A program made the translations under genes and the position numbers. The notes beneath the pieces are model-generated. The model was not told the origin of the DNA. It searched no databases and was given only the letters and a program-made list of their open reading frames with translations. Below, piece by piece: positions 54,501 through 64,000 of a stretch of DNA of 64,000 nt (position 1 is the first letter of the stretch; the number at the start of each line of letters is the position of its first letter). The stretch covers positions 11,098,001 to 11,162,000 of the forward strand of contig OZ210885.1 of the NCBI GenBank assembly GCA_964658305.1. Direction: 5' to 3'. Origin of the DNA: Leptogorgia sarmentosa (taxonomy: Eukaryota).

Positions 54501-57500
54501 AAATTTTCGTGACTAATGACAATACTGCAAAGTGAACTTCGCACTAAATATAAAAATTTTTCGGTGGATTCCCAGATCAAAACTGTCAAAATATAAAACT
54601 ATGTATATATACCTTTTAAGATCAGCGACTTTCTCTCGAGCACAGCAAGTATATCTTTGTGTTTCTGAGGTTTGCGCGAAGTTTTTCCATTCTGCTTCTG
54701 TATCGAACACCACAGCAGCTCGAGTACATCTGACGGTATATCTGTATCCTCTGGAAATATAGCCAAATATAGAAACATCTCGCGTACACTTTCGTCTAGG
54801 CGTTGATAGCTCACATCAATGACTGCTAAGAGGTTATCATAAGGATAATCGACTTTGGGAAATAATGAACGGATTCTCTCCAGGTCAGCATTTTTAAGAT
54901 CATCTAAAACATCCTCCCAATCTTGTTCCGCACGAGTGTCCGTTAAATTTGAACCCACCAGTGACAGAGCCAGCGGTAAACCTCGACACTGCTCTAACAG
55001 GTCTGCAATAATTCGCCGTAAGTTTGGCGTTAACTGTTCGTCTGGACTTATCCCAGCGCTCTGATACAAGAGCCCTCGGGATTTATCTTGTGGCATAATA
55101 ACAAGTTCGTACTTGGTAATTCCCGAACCGCAGAGAACAGTAGCATCTCTAGTTGTTATTAATAATTGGCATTTGGCAGATAAGCAATTGAATACAGCAG
55201 CGTCGTCCACCTTCCAAACATCGTCAACAACAACCAAACAATCTTTATCAATCTAAAAATCAGTTGAAAACTAGCTCAGAAACCGAATCTGTTAACTGCA
55301 TTCAAAGGTTGGTAAAATTTACCACTCTTACTAGCCAAGCCCTTCAAAGGCTCGCTTGCAATTTTTTAGTGGGATTTTGTGGCCTTTCTGATATATGAGG
55401 CACATGATCATAGGTGGATTTATGACGAGTGTTATGATTTTATTATTTCTGACTTCCGCAACTGGTTTAGTCTTTCACCTCTATCAAAGCTGAAATAATA
55501 AAACTCGTACTAGAAATCGCTGCAAAAATTGCAGTGTAAAAGAGTCCCAACTGCCAATGCATGATATGAATGAAGTTTTTTAAAGAACTGAGAAAGTAGA
55601 GGTAATATTTATCATTTATAGACCCGGAGGCAATATGAAGCAAATATTTCGACCATCAGTCAAGCCACATCAGTCGTATGCAAGTATATATTGTTTTCGT
55701 TTCACAAGAATGTACAAGTTAAGAATTGTGCTTTGTTTACAAATACTTACACGAGCTGGCTGTACAACGCACGAGAAATTTTCAATACTGGACGAGGCGA
55801 AGCCGAGTTAAAATGTTAAATTTATTTTAAAAATTAAAGACAAGTAATAAAGCTTACCGCCTGGGCATGTGGTCGTGCGAAAGAAAAGACTTGGAAGAAT
55901 TGCCACTATTCTAGCTATAACGTCCATCTAACAACATCAGACTTCTATCTTTAACTTCGCATGAATTTACGTTTACCAACGCTGTACTGGATATTATTTT
56001 GCCGTATTACTGCAACTTGGCTACTCGAGCTACATCCCATTAAAAATCGTCCCTATACCTTGAAAATAGCCCTATCACAAACATCAAATATAGCACTGCA
56101 TACATACCGTGTATTTTCTTAACCAAGATTGCGCCGCAACAATATCACTGAACGACACATCTCCACCAAGGACTCTGACGAGGGTGTTAATCAGTTTCAA
56201 GCGATCAGGTGTTTGACCAATGTCAAGCCAGACAACTTGACGAGATTTTGAGACTTCCCAGGCAACAGCTTGGGCTAACACCGTCTTACCGAGGCCTCCC
56301 ATTCCACGGATACCAACGTCGCCACCATGACGTCCAACAACACCCACTTTATTTCCCTGCTTGAGTAACTCCAATATCTCGGTTACTTCTGATGGCCTTT
56401 CCACCATGTGAGCAGGTAGATTGCGTAATCCATACGGAACTAGAATATCGATTAAAAAATATAGATGATAATTTTGAAATCACTCTGCTGCACGCTTCAA
56501 ATAATTGTGCATACCAGAATGCATATTTGTATAATTTCAACTTTGAACATTAATTTCGTTCAATATTTTACGTCGCCCTGGCATGAAAATCTCTTGCTAC
56601 AGTTTGCAGTGTATTGTTACTGAAGTGAGTCTAAACTTTATTTAAACTTTACCAAGAAAAGCAATTTGTAGTGTGGTTTACAATTATTGATGAGAAGTTT
56701 CTACGTTGTGGCTGTTCCTGTTTGGTCGTTTATGCGTGCGCGCGCAGAAGGTGCTAATTGGTACAGTCTTTCCTCACCACCTGTACTGCAGGGTGAGAGA
56801 ACTTGGAGTACGGTATGATTTTGAAGTGCTGTCCACTGAGTGCAGTGGTGATATAAAGATATGTAATATCAAACTACCATTCCTAATCATCGAGGTCACT
56901 CGTGCATACTATATCAAATTGCATTCGAAACCATGCCAATATGTACCTATACAAATAAGAATTAGACATTCTAGGGTATGATTCGGCTTCTGGACAGCCG
57001 ACGTTTCATTGTATATATCGCGCAGCGTCCATTTCAGTTGAAGCTTTCAAATCATGCTATAGAATAAAGCTATAAACATCATTTACAGCATGGATTTTTA
57101 GAAAGTAGTACAAACGAACAGTGACATCTCGGCAATCAGAGCCTCTAAAGTCACAGAAGTCGCAACCAGCAAGCTGGCCAGTCTCTTCATACAAGTCACA
57201 TTCGTGTGTGTGTTTACTGCAGTAGCTATCGAATGCGTGGCCATATCTGAGGTCTCCCGCTGAGCTATTGAAAGTTGTCGTCGTTTTCGATGTTACAATG
57301 GCAGCAGTTGCATCCGATCTGGATCTTGCCGACAGAACACTTTTCCTAACGCCGGGACCTCTATTTAGGATCATAACTCTCGATTTCGTATCGCGAAGCC
57401 ATTTTTCAAAGTCGTCAAAGAACCATTGTGTGGTCCCTTCTCGAAATTTTCGAATAAGCTGGTCAATCTTTCCATTAAAGACAAATTTAGCTAATTTTCA

Positions 57501-60500
57501 GAAAATTTTACATTTTCTACCACAGTTCGCAACTTGACAACTTGACTTTCAACATTGGCTAAACTGAATCTCCTATTAATGAAGCATTTTAGGACATAAA
57601 TCAAAAGAAGAAGCATTTAACTACAATCAGCAACATTTAAGCATTCTTGTAGCAATTGAGCTGCGTCAACTTTTCACGAGCGTTTTTTATTTGGTTGTGA
57701 CCTACGCAGTTAACCCGGCCAACATTAAAATTCATTTTTAGTGATGATGCACTGTTATTTTAGGGGAGTTATTTTAACACCCCTTTAGTGGAGTTAAATT
57801 CCGTAACCCCAAATGTGGTGCTAAAATAACTCTCTTTTTGGTGTTACAATATTTTGGCATATAATTATCATGAAAAATTAACTCCCTTTAGGGGGGTTAG
57901 CCGAAGTAACTCTTTTTCTGGAGTTAAAATAACTCCGTTTGTGGTGTTAAACTGAGTAACTCTTCTTTTGGAGTTAAAATGCAAATGCGTTCCGGATTCC
58001 GGAATGAGACAAACTCAATTTAACGAGAAAAAACAGTTAAAATCAATTTGTAATTGGTCTGAACTGTTAGTGAGAAAGGACGGAAAAGAAACTTGGTCTT
58101 TTGGCTTCTGTTTCTTCCCTTTTTTTTTAATTGTACTGGTCAGAATACTCAATAAATTATATGGGAAATGATGTATTGATGCAGTAAAAACTCGAAACGA
58201 ATGATAATTATGCTAATTATTCATGCAGGATAACCAAAGGATAACTTTAAGCCAATAAGGATGCGCGATTACAGATAGTAGTGCTTTCGCAGACGTCCGC
58301 CTTAGAGAAATGATCCGAGTTATCCGAGTCTGTTTTTCAGTTTTGAAATTTGAAAAGCGAATGTCGTTTTAACAACATTTTGAAAGAAATTTTTGATAAA
58401 GTTTTGACGAAGAAAGGAGACATAGATCCAATTGTTTTGGCTTTACACAATTTTTTAGCAAGTAAGTGTTCGTACATCCCTATTTAATCGAATTTTATGT
58501 GCATTTGTGCAACAATTAAGCGATATTTTTACATGCACAAAATAGATATTCAAAAACTCAGTAGCGAATTTTGACTTCAGGCTGAGGGCCATCACTGGTT
58601 CATATCAAGACTGGAGTCGTTCTTAACTGGTTCTTATTTCCTGTCAAAAATGATTACTGAGCCCTGAGGAACGAGTGTTAATATCAAGATTGAAAACATG
58701 TCCATTGATGATCGAACGTGAATTATGCTGTAAGTTGATTTCTGTTCTGATAAAATAAATTCATGGATGAAAGACGTGTTAAGAAGGTGGTTTACAAGTT
58801 ACAACCCACTGGTTATTATTTGCTGGGTTTTACCGTAAAGTAAAAGCCATATTTATACTGCTATATCTTTTGTATTTAGATACTGTTTCTGTCAAGCTAT
58901 TTTGAAGGACAATGGCCTTTGAAGGACAAATGGCTGATTTTGAAGGACAAACTGCAGGTAAATCCATATTATTATTTGTTAAAAATCAACAGGTTCCACT
59001 ACAGTACAAGGTCAAGGGACTTGAACACCAAACATAAACCATATGAACTGCTTTATGGCAATACTTTGGCCTAATTTTAAAACGACATTGAAGATTTATA
59101 GTGGCATTTAACTTGCATAAAAATGCACTATGACTATAATTAAGATTGTTTCTACATTATATTTTTAGGTTGTTTATGAACAACATGATTCAAAAGCCTG
59201 AGGATGGAATAAATACTGCTCAACTAACTGCTGGACACATGGATTTGAGCCACATATTATAAGGATTTGTACGAATAAACAATGCCACAAAGATAAGCCA
59301 TTTTCTCTAATGAAGGAACATCAATGAACTCTATTGAGGCTATGCTTGTAAATTCATTTTTTTATAAATTAAATCACTTATTTCGCTGTCAAAAAAAATT
59401 GTGAGTGCCTTTGAAATTTACAGTAATATTTCTTTTATATTTTTAGACCAACTTTTGAATTGTAGAAATTCATTAGTCCAGCTGGAAAGAGCATCATAAA
59501 TTTGGTAAGGTTGTGAAGTTTGGTTACAAAATATCGTAAAAATGGAAATACAAGTCATGTTATGATAATTTAGCGTGCGTAATACAAAAGTATACAAAAT
59601 TCACAAATTTGACATGGCTGTATGTTCCAGATTTTACGATATTTATTTCCGTAACCAAACTTCGCAGTTATAGTGGATTTATGATGTTTTTTCCCGCTGT
59701 GCTAATGAAATTTGTCAATTCAAAAATTTGTCTAAGGGGAGAAGGTTTAAGGTTAAAAGTAACTCCAAAAGAGGAGTTAAATTTTAACTCCAGAAAGGGT
59801 GTTAAATTTACTGTAACTCCAAAAGTGGTGCTAGTTTAACACCACTTTTGGAGTTATATCTTAACTCCACAAAGGGTGTTACATTTTTAACTCCAAATAT
59901 TGGGTTAAAATAACTCCAAAACAGGAGTTAATTTTAACACCAAAAGTGGTGTTAAGTGTAACACCAAAAAGGGTGCTATTCTGAACCTTTTTATTTAACC
60001 CCGTTTTTGGAGTTAAAATAACTCCCCTAAAATAACAGTGTGAGTGCGACAGCGCGTACTGCACTGCCAATGCTTTCGGATTCCCACTAAATCTGGGAAG
60101 TGTTAGAAGACATGTTGCATTCCTGTTGCCGTTTACTCTAACGAGATATTTTCCTACAAGAAATTGTTAGAAACAGAACGTTGAAGACCGGGAAGGTTCG
60201 TGGGGGACAAATTTCGAAAATTGAATGGCTGCCTGATACTCTGTAAATTTTTCCGCATTATATATTCTGCATAAATAGATTCCCATCTTTCCTAGTTAAT
60301 TGAAACACTACCTTTTTTCTCTGCAAAATCTGAATGCTCCGTCCTCGGCTTATTCTGACGACATTCGATTTCATCTGTTTTCTCCGCCAGACGTTTAAGC
60401 TCCATTGAATGATGTTCAAATTTCTCAGCTGCAGACCTTTCAATCTCTTTAATTTTGCAAAGCAGTGTGGATTGTATGTTATCGAGTTTCTCCATCACTG

Positions 60501-63500
60501 GATTTATCTGAATAGATAAAATTGATTTAGTAAATTCAATTTACGGGCTGAAACAAATTTGAAATCACTCTCAACTTCACAAAGCGGGTTAAGGTGTGTG
60601 ATGTAATAATAGTTATAATCTGACGTTATTAGTATAGGTAATTGTATGGTTTCGAGTGCAATTTGGAAAAAACATGCACGAGCGAGTTTTTCTAGGACAT
60701 TCTCGTTTTGTTCGACCGCTAATATACGAAGTTGTTTCGCTTGTCCACCGAGCACTTGCTTGAACGAAGAGAAATCTCTGCCTCGTATTATAAAAAGGTT
60801 GTCATCATCGACTGCTGTTAATATCACTTTTAAGCTGTCATCTTCATATTCATCGCCGTTTCTTTTTTTAATTCGCAGTTTTCGTTCAGCATAAAAACAA
60901 TCGAGCAAAAAATATATTCTAACACCTCTTGCGGAATATTTTGTACTCGCGCTGTATTTTCTTTTCAATGCAACACTTTATCGGCACAATCAACCACAAG
61001 ACTAGATATCTTTGGTGGTATTTTCATTTTTCGAACTATTTGTAAGCCCCTCTATCATTTGTCTGTTGCTAAAAGAATCTACCCAAAGAGGCAGCCATTT
61101 TTTCATCCTCGAATAATTTCATTTTTTGTTATTGTTCGCCAGAAATGGCTTAATCTGATTGGCTAGCTTTGTAATCTTAGCCAATCAGGAGACATAAACA
61201 TCTGGAGAAATTTGCACTGAATTTCTTGTTTTGGCACTGTATTTCCTTTTCGGGTACTGTATTTCCTTAAAATTGCACTGCTCTCAGCCAATCAGAATCG
61301 AGAAATTTTTTCATGTATATTATTAGATTAGAGATTAAGATGAGTATGAGTATGTATATTAATGAGAGAATATATATGAGCCGAGAACAGAGATCGTTGA
61401 GCTGTGGACGACCTGACAAGTAAAGAGGGCAGGGTCACAAGGATTCGAGAAGAATTAGTTGGAATTGAAAGCGTGTATCGAGGTGACTGAAAACAATCTT
61501 AGCCGAGAAGAGTAAAGTAAAATTGTTAGTTCCTGAATGAAAAAAAGGTGACGAAGCGTAACTAGCGTGGGGTGAACTCCAAAACTGAAAAGAATCAACT
61601 ACGGTCTGATGTCCTGAAGTTTAAAGACAGTCGTTCTATACTTGGAGTGCTTTGGCAAACTGAAAATAAAACTCTTAGTCGATAAACGATAGAGTTATAT
61701 GCACCTCTCGCCCAGCAACGCCGAGAAACCGAAGCCAGTCGCTTAAACAGTTAAATCCAAAATTAAATAGAATTACTGAAGGAGAACTTGAAGGCAATTA
61801 CCGAGCAAGTCAAGAATCCTCGGGACAGAAACTACGCATTGCAACTACGCAAGAGAGAAGACGGAAACTCTGTGGACTTGTTTTGTTTGAACTGCGACGC
61901 ACGCCTGTGTGCTTAACCGTCTGAGCTTTATCAATATTTTCCTGACTTTAATGGTTGGGATTTTAGAGAAAGGAAAATCGTCATCTAAAACAGTTGTTTG
62001 CTTACTTTTTGCCATGTTTTGGACAATCAGCGACAAATTTCCCACCTGTACTTGTGACATAAGACATAAGGTCTATTGAAATTTGATATGCAAGTTTCCT
62101 AGTTTCTAAACTTTTCAGAAATTTGTAGTTCAACGTTGGAATAGCAATTTTGCAAGGAAAAATAATTGTGATCTATCAAAATTTAGTTTTATCTCTTGCC
62201 TATGAGAATGGCTCAATTGTTTTGCTTAATGGGATATTTATAATATAGTATTTATCAGTAATTGATATGTAGTGTGTTTTATTCATCGGTACACGCTTCG
62301 TTCTAAGTGTTCTATTGCAAACGTCTCCGCAAAAAAGTATGCACATGTTTGACTTTAATAACGTTTAACGGGTAAAGCAAAACTCATAAAAACAGCATTA
62401 TCGAAAAAAAGCACATATTGCGTTCCCACGCTGAAAATTTGCACTCGCTCGCATTTCAAACATGTCATATTAATTTGAACTGCGTCTTCCTACTTATTCA
62501 ACGACTGTTAAATGAAACATCAAAAGTTCCTCAAACCTTTGTGGCGTCCAAATCGTAGTTTTTGATACAACGGCAAAGTTCAGCTACACTTTCTGCAATT
62601 AGTTTTGCGTCACGACCATCAACAAGAATGTCTGGAAATAATGAAGAAAATTTATCTTAAGTATCACAAACACTATAAATATATCGCTGCTAATGGGCGT
62701 AGCACGAAGGATACATGAAAAAGCATGCCCTGCTGTCCATACAAACTATTTGATAAGCATGGTCTGCCGTCGTTATTAGCAAATTTTATTATGCGGCCAG
62801 TGTAGTAGATAGGGGATAACAACATCAGCAAGCAGCACATGTCGTACCCACTATCTAAAAATGCAAACAGGTTTGGACGTTTTGAATAAAGTAGATTTTT
62901 CCATCGGGAATGGGCCAATTGCATAATAGACAATTTTTAAAAAATTCAGAGCCACAGCGTTAAAGAGCATCCCAAAGTTAGTAAAATTGTAAAATTTGGT
63001 TGAGAAATGTTGTCAAATGCGACAAAATATGACCCTGTAAAATTTTCAAATTTTGTTTAGTTTATCATCATCATCACCATCAATTTTGCGTGCGTGAAAG
63101 ACAAAAAAATTTGGCAATATTGAGTTAAACATTCGCTTTTATTCGACTTTTGAATGACTGAAGTTTTGAACACAAATTTCGAACTGGAAGTCAAGTCAAC
63201 AATTTTGATTTTATACATGATCATATATTAGTTGTACAATACTGTATACGATGTTGAATACGGTATTAAATGCATTTGTCAAGGCATTTAATTTCTGCAC
63301 TTATATGAAGGTCTAAAAATGAATCACTGTCTTCAATTAAACACTAGATTTCTTCGTAAAGCTTCAAAGTACACTATGATGCAAGGCCCCATGCGATACG
63401 ACCCCATGTAATTCCAAAGATCATATTTAGAATTGCATTGAATTGTGTTGTAGTATATGGATCAAATTGGATAATAATAATAATAAATGAATAATAAGAG

Positions 63501-64000
63501 AATTTTTTTCCACACATGGGGGTTTTCTTACAGGAGATCAAAAATGATCTGCGCGAAACATATTTAAAGGCATGATGAGATTCCGGCAATAATGCTAATA
63601 ATACAGTACCTGTTTTATTCCAGAAATCTAGTTCATCACAAATTATTTTTTCGTCAGCTGTTGGTAAATTTAATATTTTCACCAAAGATTCCATTCCTTG
63701 AAACGAGTCATTGAACATATGTAGTGTCCATTCAGAGATGTTACAATGAGCCCATGGGTTTCTGATGTCCGACCGTATTTTCTTTGCTTCAGCTGCAGCG
63801 CCAGAAGATACAAAAGGAGCTGCCTCACCCATAATAGTCAAAAGTGCTGACATATCCATGGTCTCGTCAAATCCAGTGCAATGTGCCATAAACTCCTTGA
63901 GGAATAGTTTCGCCAGCGACAGAGAATCTTTAACAGCATAATCATAGGCGGAAGCTCGGTTATGGATACGGTTGTTGTTGATGTTCCTGTACTCCAGCCT
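9240..64000 (-). CDS. Multi-exon HEPN-like / coiled-coil / NB-ARC / WD40 STAND protein (APAF1-like), 5' end outside window
   Basis: 16 GT-AG exons, phases consistent: 63610-64000, 62537-62631, 60312-60507, 56108-56439, 54613-55252, 52445-52867, 47734-47979, 45050-45268, 40241-40450, 37068-37311, 36035-36267, 34302-34411, 30749-31157, 28179-28780, 13568-13808, 9240-9535 = 4887 nt (1628 aa + stop). Walker A GMGGLGKT, Walker B VVVDDVW, LLITTR, GLPLAL, VHD motif, many GH...WD repeats. Confidence 0.85.
11443..12254 (-). mobile_element. Internally deleted Tc1/mariner element with HTH remnant
   Basis: TIRs CAGGGTGTATAAAAAAAACGCAATCC / GGATTGCGTTTTTTTTATACACCCTG, TA on both sides; [17 protein letters not shown]...[15 protein letters not shown] resembles a transposase N-terminal HTH. 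Confidence 0.85.
12750..13065. mobile_element. PIF/Harbinger MITE
   Basis: ~75-bp TIRs GGGCCAGTTTATATGATCCC / GGGATCGTATAAACAGGCCC, TTA duplication. Confidence 0.8.
13568..13808 (-). CDS. Exon of STAND gene (divergent WD40)
   Basis: TGACAG acceptor phase 0, GTAAAT donor phase 1; open frame IDQVNTKG...GNLVAIS links both neighbours. Confidence 0.7.
14543..15398 (+). mobile_element. Two head-to-tail hairpin-ended elements
   Basis: Hairpin 14550-14692 centred on CGAGGCGAAGCCGAG; related hairpin 15004-15102. Confidence 0.65.
15503..17208 (+). repeat. Tandem array of a hairpin-ended element (439 + 631 + 631 bp units)
   Basis: Units start at 15503, 15942 and 16573, each with a ~150-bp hairpin centred on CGAGGGGCTYTGCCCCGAG. 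Confidence 0.9.
17861..19059. mobile_element. hAT-like non-autonomous element
   Basis: TIRs CAGCGCCGGATTA / TAATCCGGCACTG, perfect 8-bp TSD GCCATAAT; contains a 21-bp x3 tandem (18337-18399) and an inverted repeat 18407-18611. Confidence 0.85.
21831..22328 (-). mobile_element. Hairpin-ended element
   Basis: Hairpin ~22184-22320 centred on CTCATTCGCTGCGCTCATTCG; interrupts the LINE frame at AL|ILP. Confidence 0.65.
22326..23843 (-). repeat. Tandem dimer of a ~757-bp hairpin-ended element
   Basis: Near-identical units starting at 22326 and 23083, each ending in a ~140-bp hairpin centred on CTCGGCCTTCGGYCTCG. Confidence 0.9.
24237..24994 (+). mobile_element. Hairpin-ended element related to the 757-bp unit, opposite orientation
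   Basis: Hairpin centred on CGAGGCCGAAGGCCGAG, CCAATCAG near the other end, AAATA at both junctions; LINE frame EARN|KHSL rejoins. Confidence 0.8.
28179..28780 (-). CDS. Exon of STAND gene (WD40)
   Basis: [24 protein letters not shown]...AHEDAISQV...[13 protein letters not shown]; phase 1 to 0. Confidence 0.88.
30749..31157 (-). CDS. Exon of STAND gene (WD40)
   Basis: VWNLSDG...[21 protein letters not shown]; phase 0 to 1. Confidence 0.88.
31684..31735 (+). ncRNA. Minimal hammerhead-ribozyme-like motif (probably degenerate)
   Basis: CTGATGA-A-GGGGCTC(loop)GAGCCCC-GAA-CGATC; GAAA lacks one A. Confidence 0.4.
32711..33281. mobile_element. MITE with 9-bp TSD (Mutator-like)
   Basis: TIRs CAGCCTCGTCCCCGG / CCGGGGACGAGGCTG, TSD GCACAGAAA. 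Confidence 0.8.
34302..34411 (-). CDS. Small exon of STAND gene (WD40)
   Basis: [37 protein letters not shown]; phase 1 to 0; absent from the ORF track. Confidence 0.8.
34972..35694. mobile_element. MITE with ~60-bp inverted ends and a nested small element (35199-35334)
   Basis: AATAAGTGGTGAG...CTCACCACTTATT; nested GGAGATCGCTAGAT...ATCTAGCGATCTCC flanked by TTTATTTTGA/TTTATTTTAA. Confidence 0.6.
36035..36267 (-). CDS. Exon of STAND gene (WD40)
   Basis: [15 protein letters not shown]...[14 protein letters not shown]; phase 2 to 1. Confidence 0.9.
36498..36580 (-). mobile_element. 3' end of a LINE/SINE
   Basis: Minus strand: stem-loop, AATAAA and (TATC)n tail, like the 3' end at 25210-25292. 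Confidence 0.5.
37068..37311 (-). CDS. Exon of STAND gene (WD40)
   Basis: [15 protein letters not shown]...[14 protein letters not shown]...YEGHTGSI; phase 1 to 2. Confidence 0.92.
39056..39382. mobile_element. hAT-like MITE
   Basis: CAGTGGCGTAGGA / TCCTATGCCCTTG ends, perfect 8-bp TSD TTTCAGAG. Confidence 0.75.
39846..40140 (+). mobile_element. Fragment of the 757-bp hairpin-element family
   Basis: Diverged reverse complement of ~22330-22660. Confidence 0.7.
40241..40450 (-). CDS. Exon of STAND gene (WD40)
   Basis: [19 protein letters not shown]...[11 protein letters not shown]; phase 1 to 1. Confidence 0.9.
43327..43639 (+). pseudogene. Frameshifted small zinc-finger ORF inside mini-Maverick
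   Basis: [13 protein letters not shown]...LARLA, frameshift, then [19 protein letters not shown]. Confidence 0.45.
43875..44453 (+). CDS. Intronless 192-aa ORF: N-terminal zinc finger, acidic linker, helical domain
   Basis: ATG to TAA; CKFC...H...C, then [13 protein letters not shown]...[21 protein letters not shown] downstream; lies between Maverick-type TIRs. Confidence 0.7.
   Translation: MSCKFCGKVFNRGLNLRQHKNLYCPLKDQESEMSETDSQTTESEDDLSTASTHGSESPVTTDDETEEEENDPWMPMVEETMQKYKTAFKEMKTNLIHSGLDEQSSGQKAYSEFLPKLQNELESIYMNRLSWMKQLKNDPVNKKIMQTKDAFVNDDHFDPEEAIQAAVDKRKFLIKKLLKDYTFTEDSDDEDH
45050..45268 (-). CDS. Exon of STAND gene (WD40)
   Basis: [32 protein letters not shown]; phase 1 to 1. Confidence 0.92.
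47734..47979 (-). CDS. Exon of STAND gene (end of helical domain, first WD40)
   Basis: [18 protein letters not shown]...LVPEFSCL...[13 protein letters not shown]; phase 1 to 1. Confidence 0.88.
48122..48347. mobile_element. Tc1/mariner-like MITE
   Basis: CCGAGTGGCGCAA...TTGCGCCACACGG inverted ends in TA-rich flanks. Confidence 0.6.
48830..50620 (-). mobile_element. Degenerate Helitron/Helentron Rep region
   Basis: [40 protein letters not shown] (HUH motif), HKHSKTC...CRFNFP; many frameshifts; ends approximate. Confidence 0.8.
51355..51560 (-). repeat. 66-bp tandem repeat, ~3 copies
   Basis: Unit translates as [28 protein letters not shown], upstream of the Helitron remnant. Confidence 0.8.
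52445..52867 (-). CDS. Exon of STAND gene (winged helix with VHD motif, APAF1-like helical domain)
   Basis: [10 protein letters not shown]...[10 protein letters not shown]...[12 protein letters not shown]...LISDF; phase 1 to 1. Confidence 0.92.
53870..53996. mobile_element. Small palindromic MITE
   Basis: CGTCGAGTTTTGGTCGCATCGAAT...ATTCGATGCCACCAAAATTCGACG. Confidence 0.5.
54613..55252 (-). CDS. Exon of STAND gene (NB-ARC: Walker B, sensor 1, GLPL)
   Basis: [35 protein letters not shown]; phase 0 to 1. Confidence 0.95.
56108..56439 (-). CDS. Exon of STAND gene (NB-ARC: Walker A)
   Basis: LPAHMVER...[14 protein letters not shown]...VVWLDIGQ; phase 1 to 0. Confidence 0.95.
57127..57516 (-). 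pseudogene. Decayed NACHT N-terminal exon remnant
   Basis: [57 protein letters not shown]...[18 protein letters not shown]; stop in the phase-1 frame after the AG acceptor, mutated Walker A, ~40-aa insert, truncated. Confidence 0.7.
57750..60040. mobile_element. Non-autonomous CACTA/EnSpm-like element
   Basis: TIRs CACTGTTATTTTAGGGGAGTTATTTTAAC / GTTAAAATAACTCCCCTAAAATAACAGTG, 2-bp TG duplication, subterminal GGAGTTA...TAACTCC repeat arrays. Confidence 0.8.
60312..60507 (-). CDS. Exon of STAND gene (coiled-coil linker)
   Basis: [30 protein letters not shown]...AEKK; phase 0 to 1. Confidence 0.75.
60629..61326 (-). mobile_element. Crypton-like element remnant (DUF3504/ZMYM-related N-terminal coding relic)
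   Basis: Degenerate SKNENTTK...FYAE...[15 protein letters not shown]...[22 protein letters not shown] (60720-61098); CCAATCAG at one end; left end matches fragment 2612-2682. Confidence 0.6.
62537..62631 (-). CDS. Small exon of STAND gene
   Basis: TTTCCAG acceptor, (D)[37 protein letters not shown] donor; phase 1 to 0 bridges both neighbours; absent from the ORF track. Confidence 0.7.
63610..64000 (-). CDS. Exon encoding HEPN-like domain (runs off window)
   Basis: Open frame [10 protein letters not shown]...[14 protein letters not shown]...[19 protein letters not shown]...ELDFWNKT; Rx4H motif; GTACTG donor phase 1. Confidence 0.8.

Noticed and set aside
52445..56439. Naming the gene APAF1
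   Set aside because: No CARD is seen next to the NB-ARC and orthology is untested, so the symbol was left blank.
57750..60040. Palindromic GGAGTTA...TAACTCC arrays as a possible CRISPR
   Set aside because: No unique spacers, eukaryotic context and no cas genes; these are subterminal repeats of a TIR element.
61845..62060. 71-aa ORF as the exon linking HEPN and coiled coil
   Set aside because: No convincing splice pair with the right phases; 62537-62631 fits exactly.

Overview
AT-rich eukaryotic genomic DNA; the repeat and gene families look invertebrate and cnidarian-like (inference, not verified). Positions 0.4-6.6 kb hold a tRNA gene cluster built partly from a duplicated His-Asn-Pro module and interrupted by a truncated Mutator-like element. 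Most of the rest (9240 to beyond 64000, minus strand) is one large intron-rich gene. I assembled 16 GT-AG exons with consistent phases into 1628 codons plus stop; the 5' end lies outside the window. The product reads as an N-terminal HEPN-like domain (RNPWAH), a coiled coil, an NB-ARC ATPase and a long WD40 region, i.e. an APAF1-like STAND receptor carrying a putative RNase domain upstream of the NB-ARC. Its introns contain a decayed NACHT exon, a CR1/L2-type LINE split by stacked hairpin-ended elements, a Crypton-like remnant, a 2.1-kb mini-Maverick, a Helitron remnant, a hammerhead-like motif and many MITEs. All calls were made by eye; no database searches were run.
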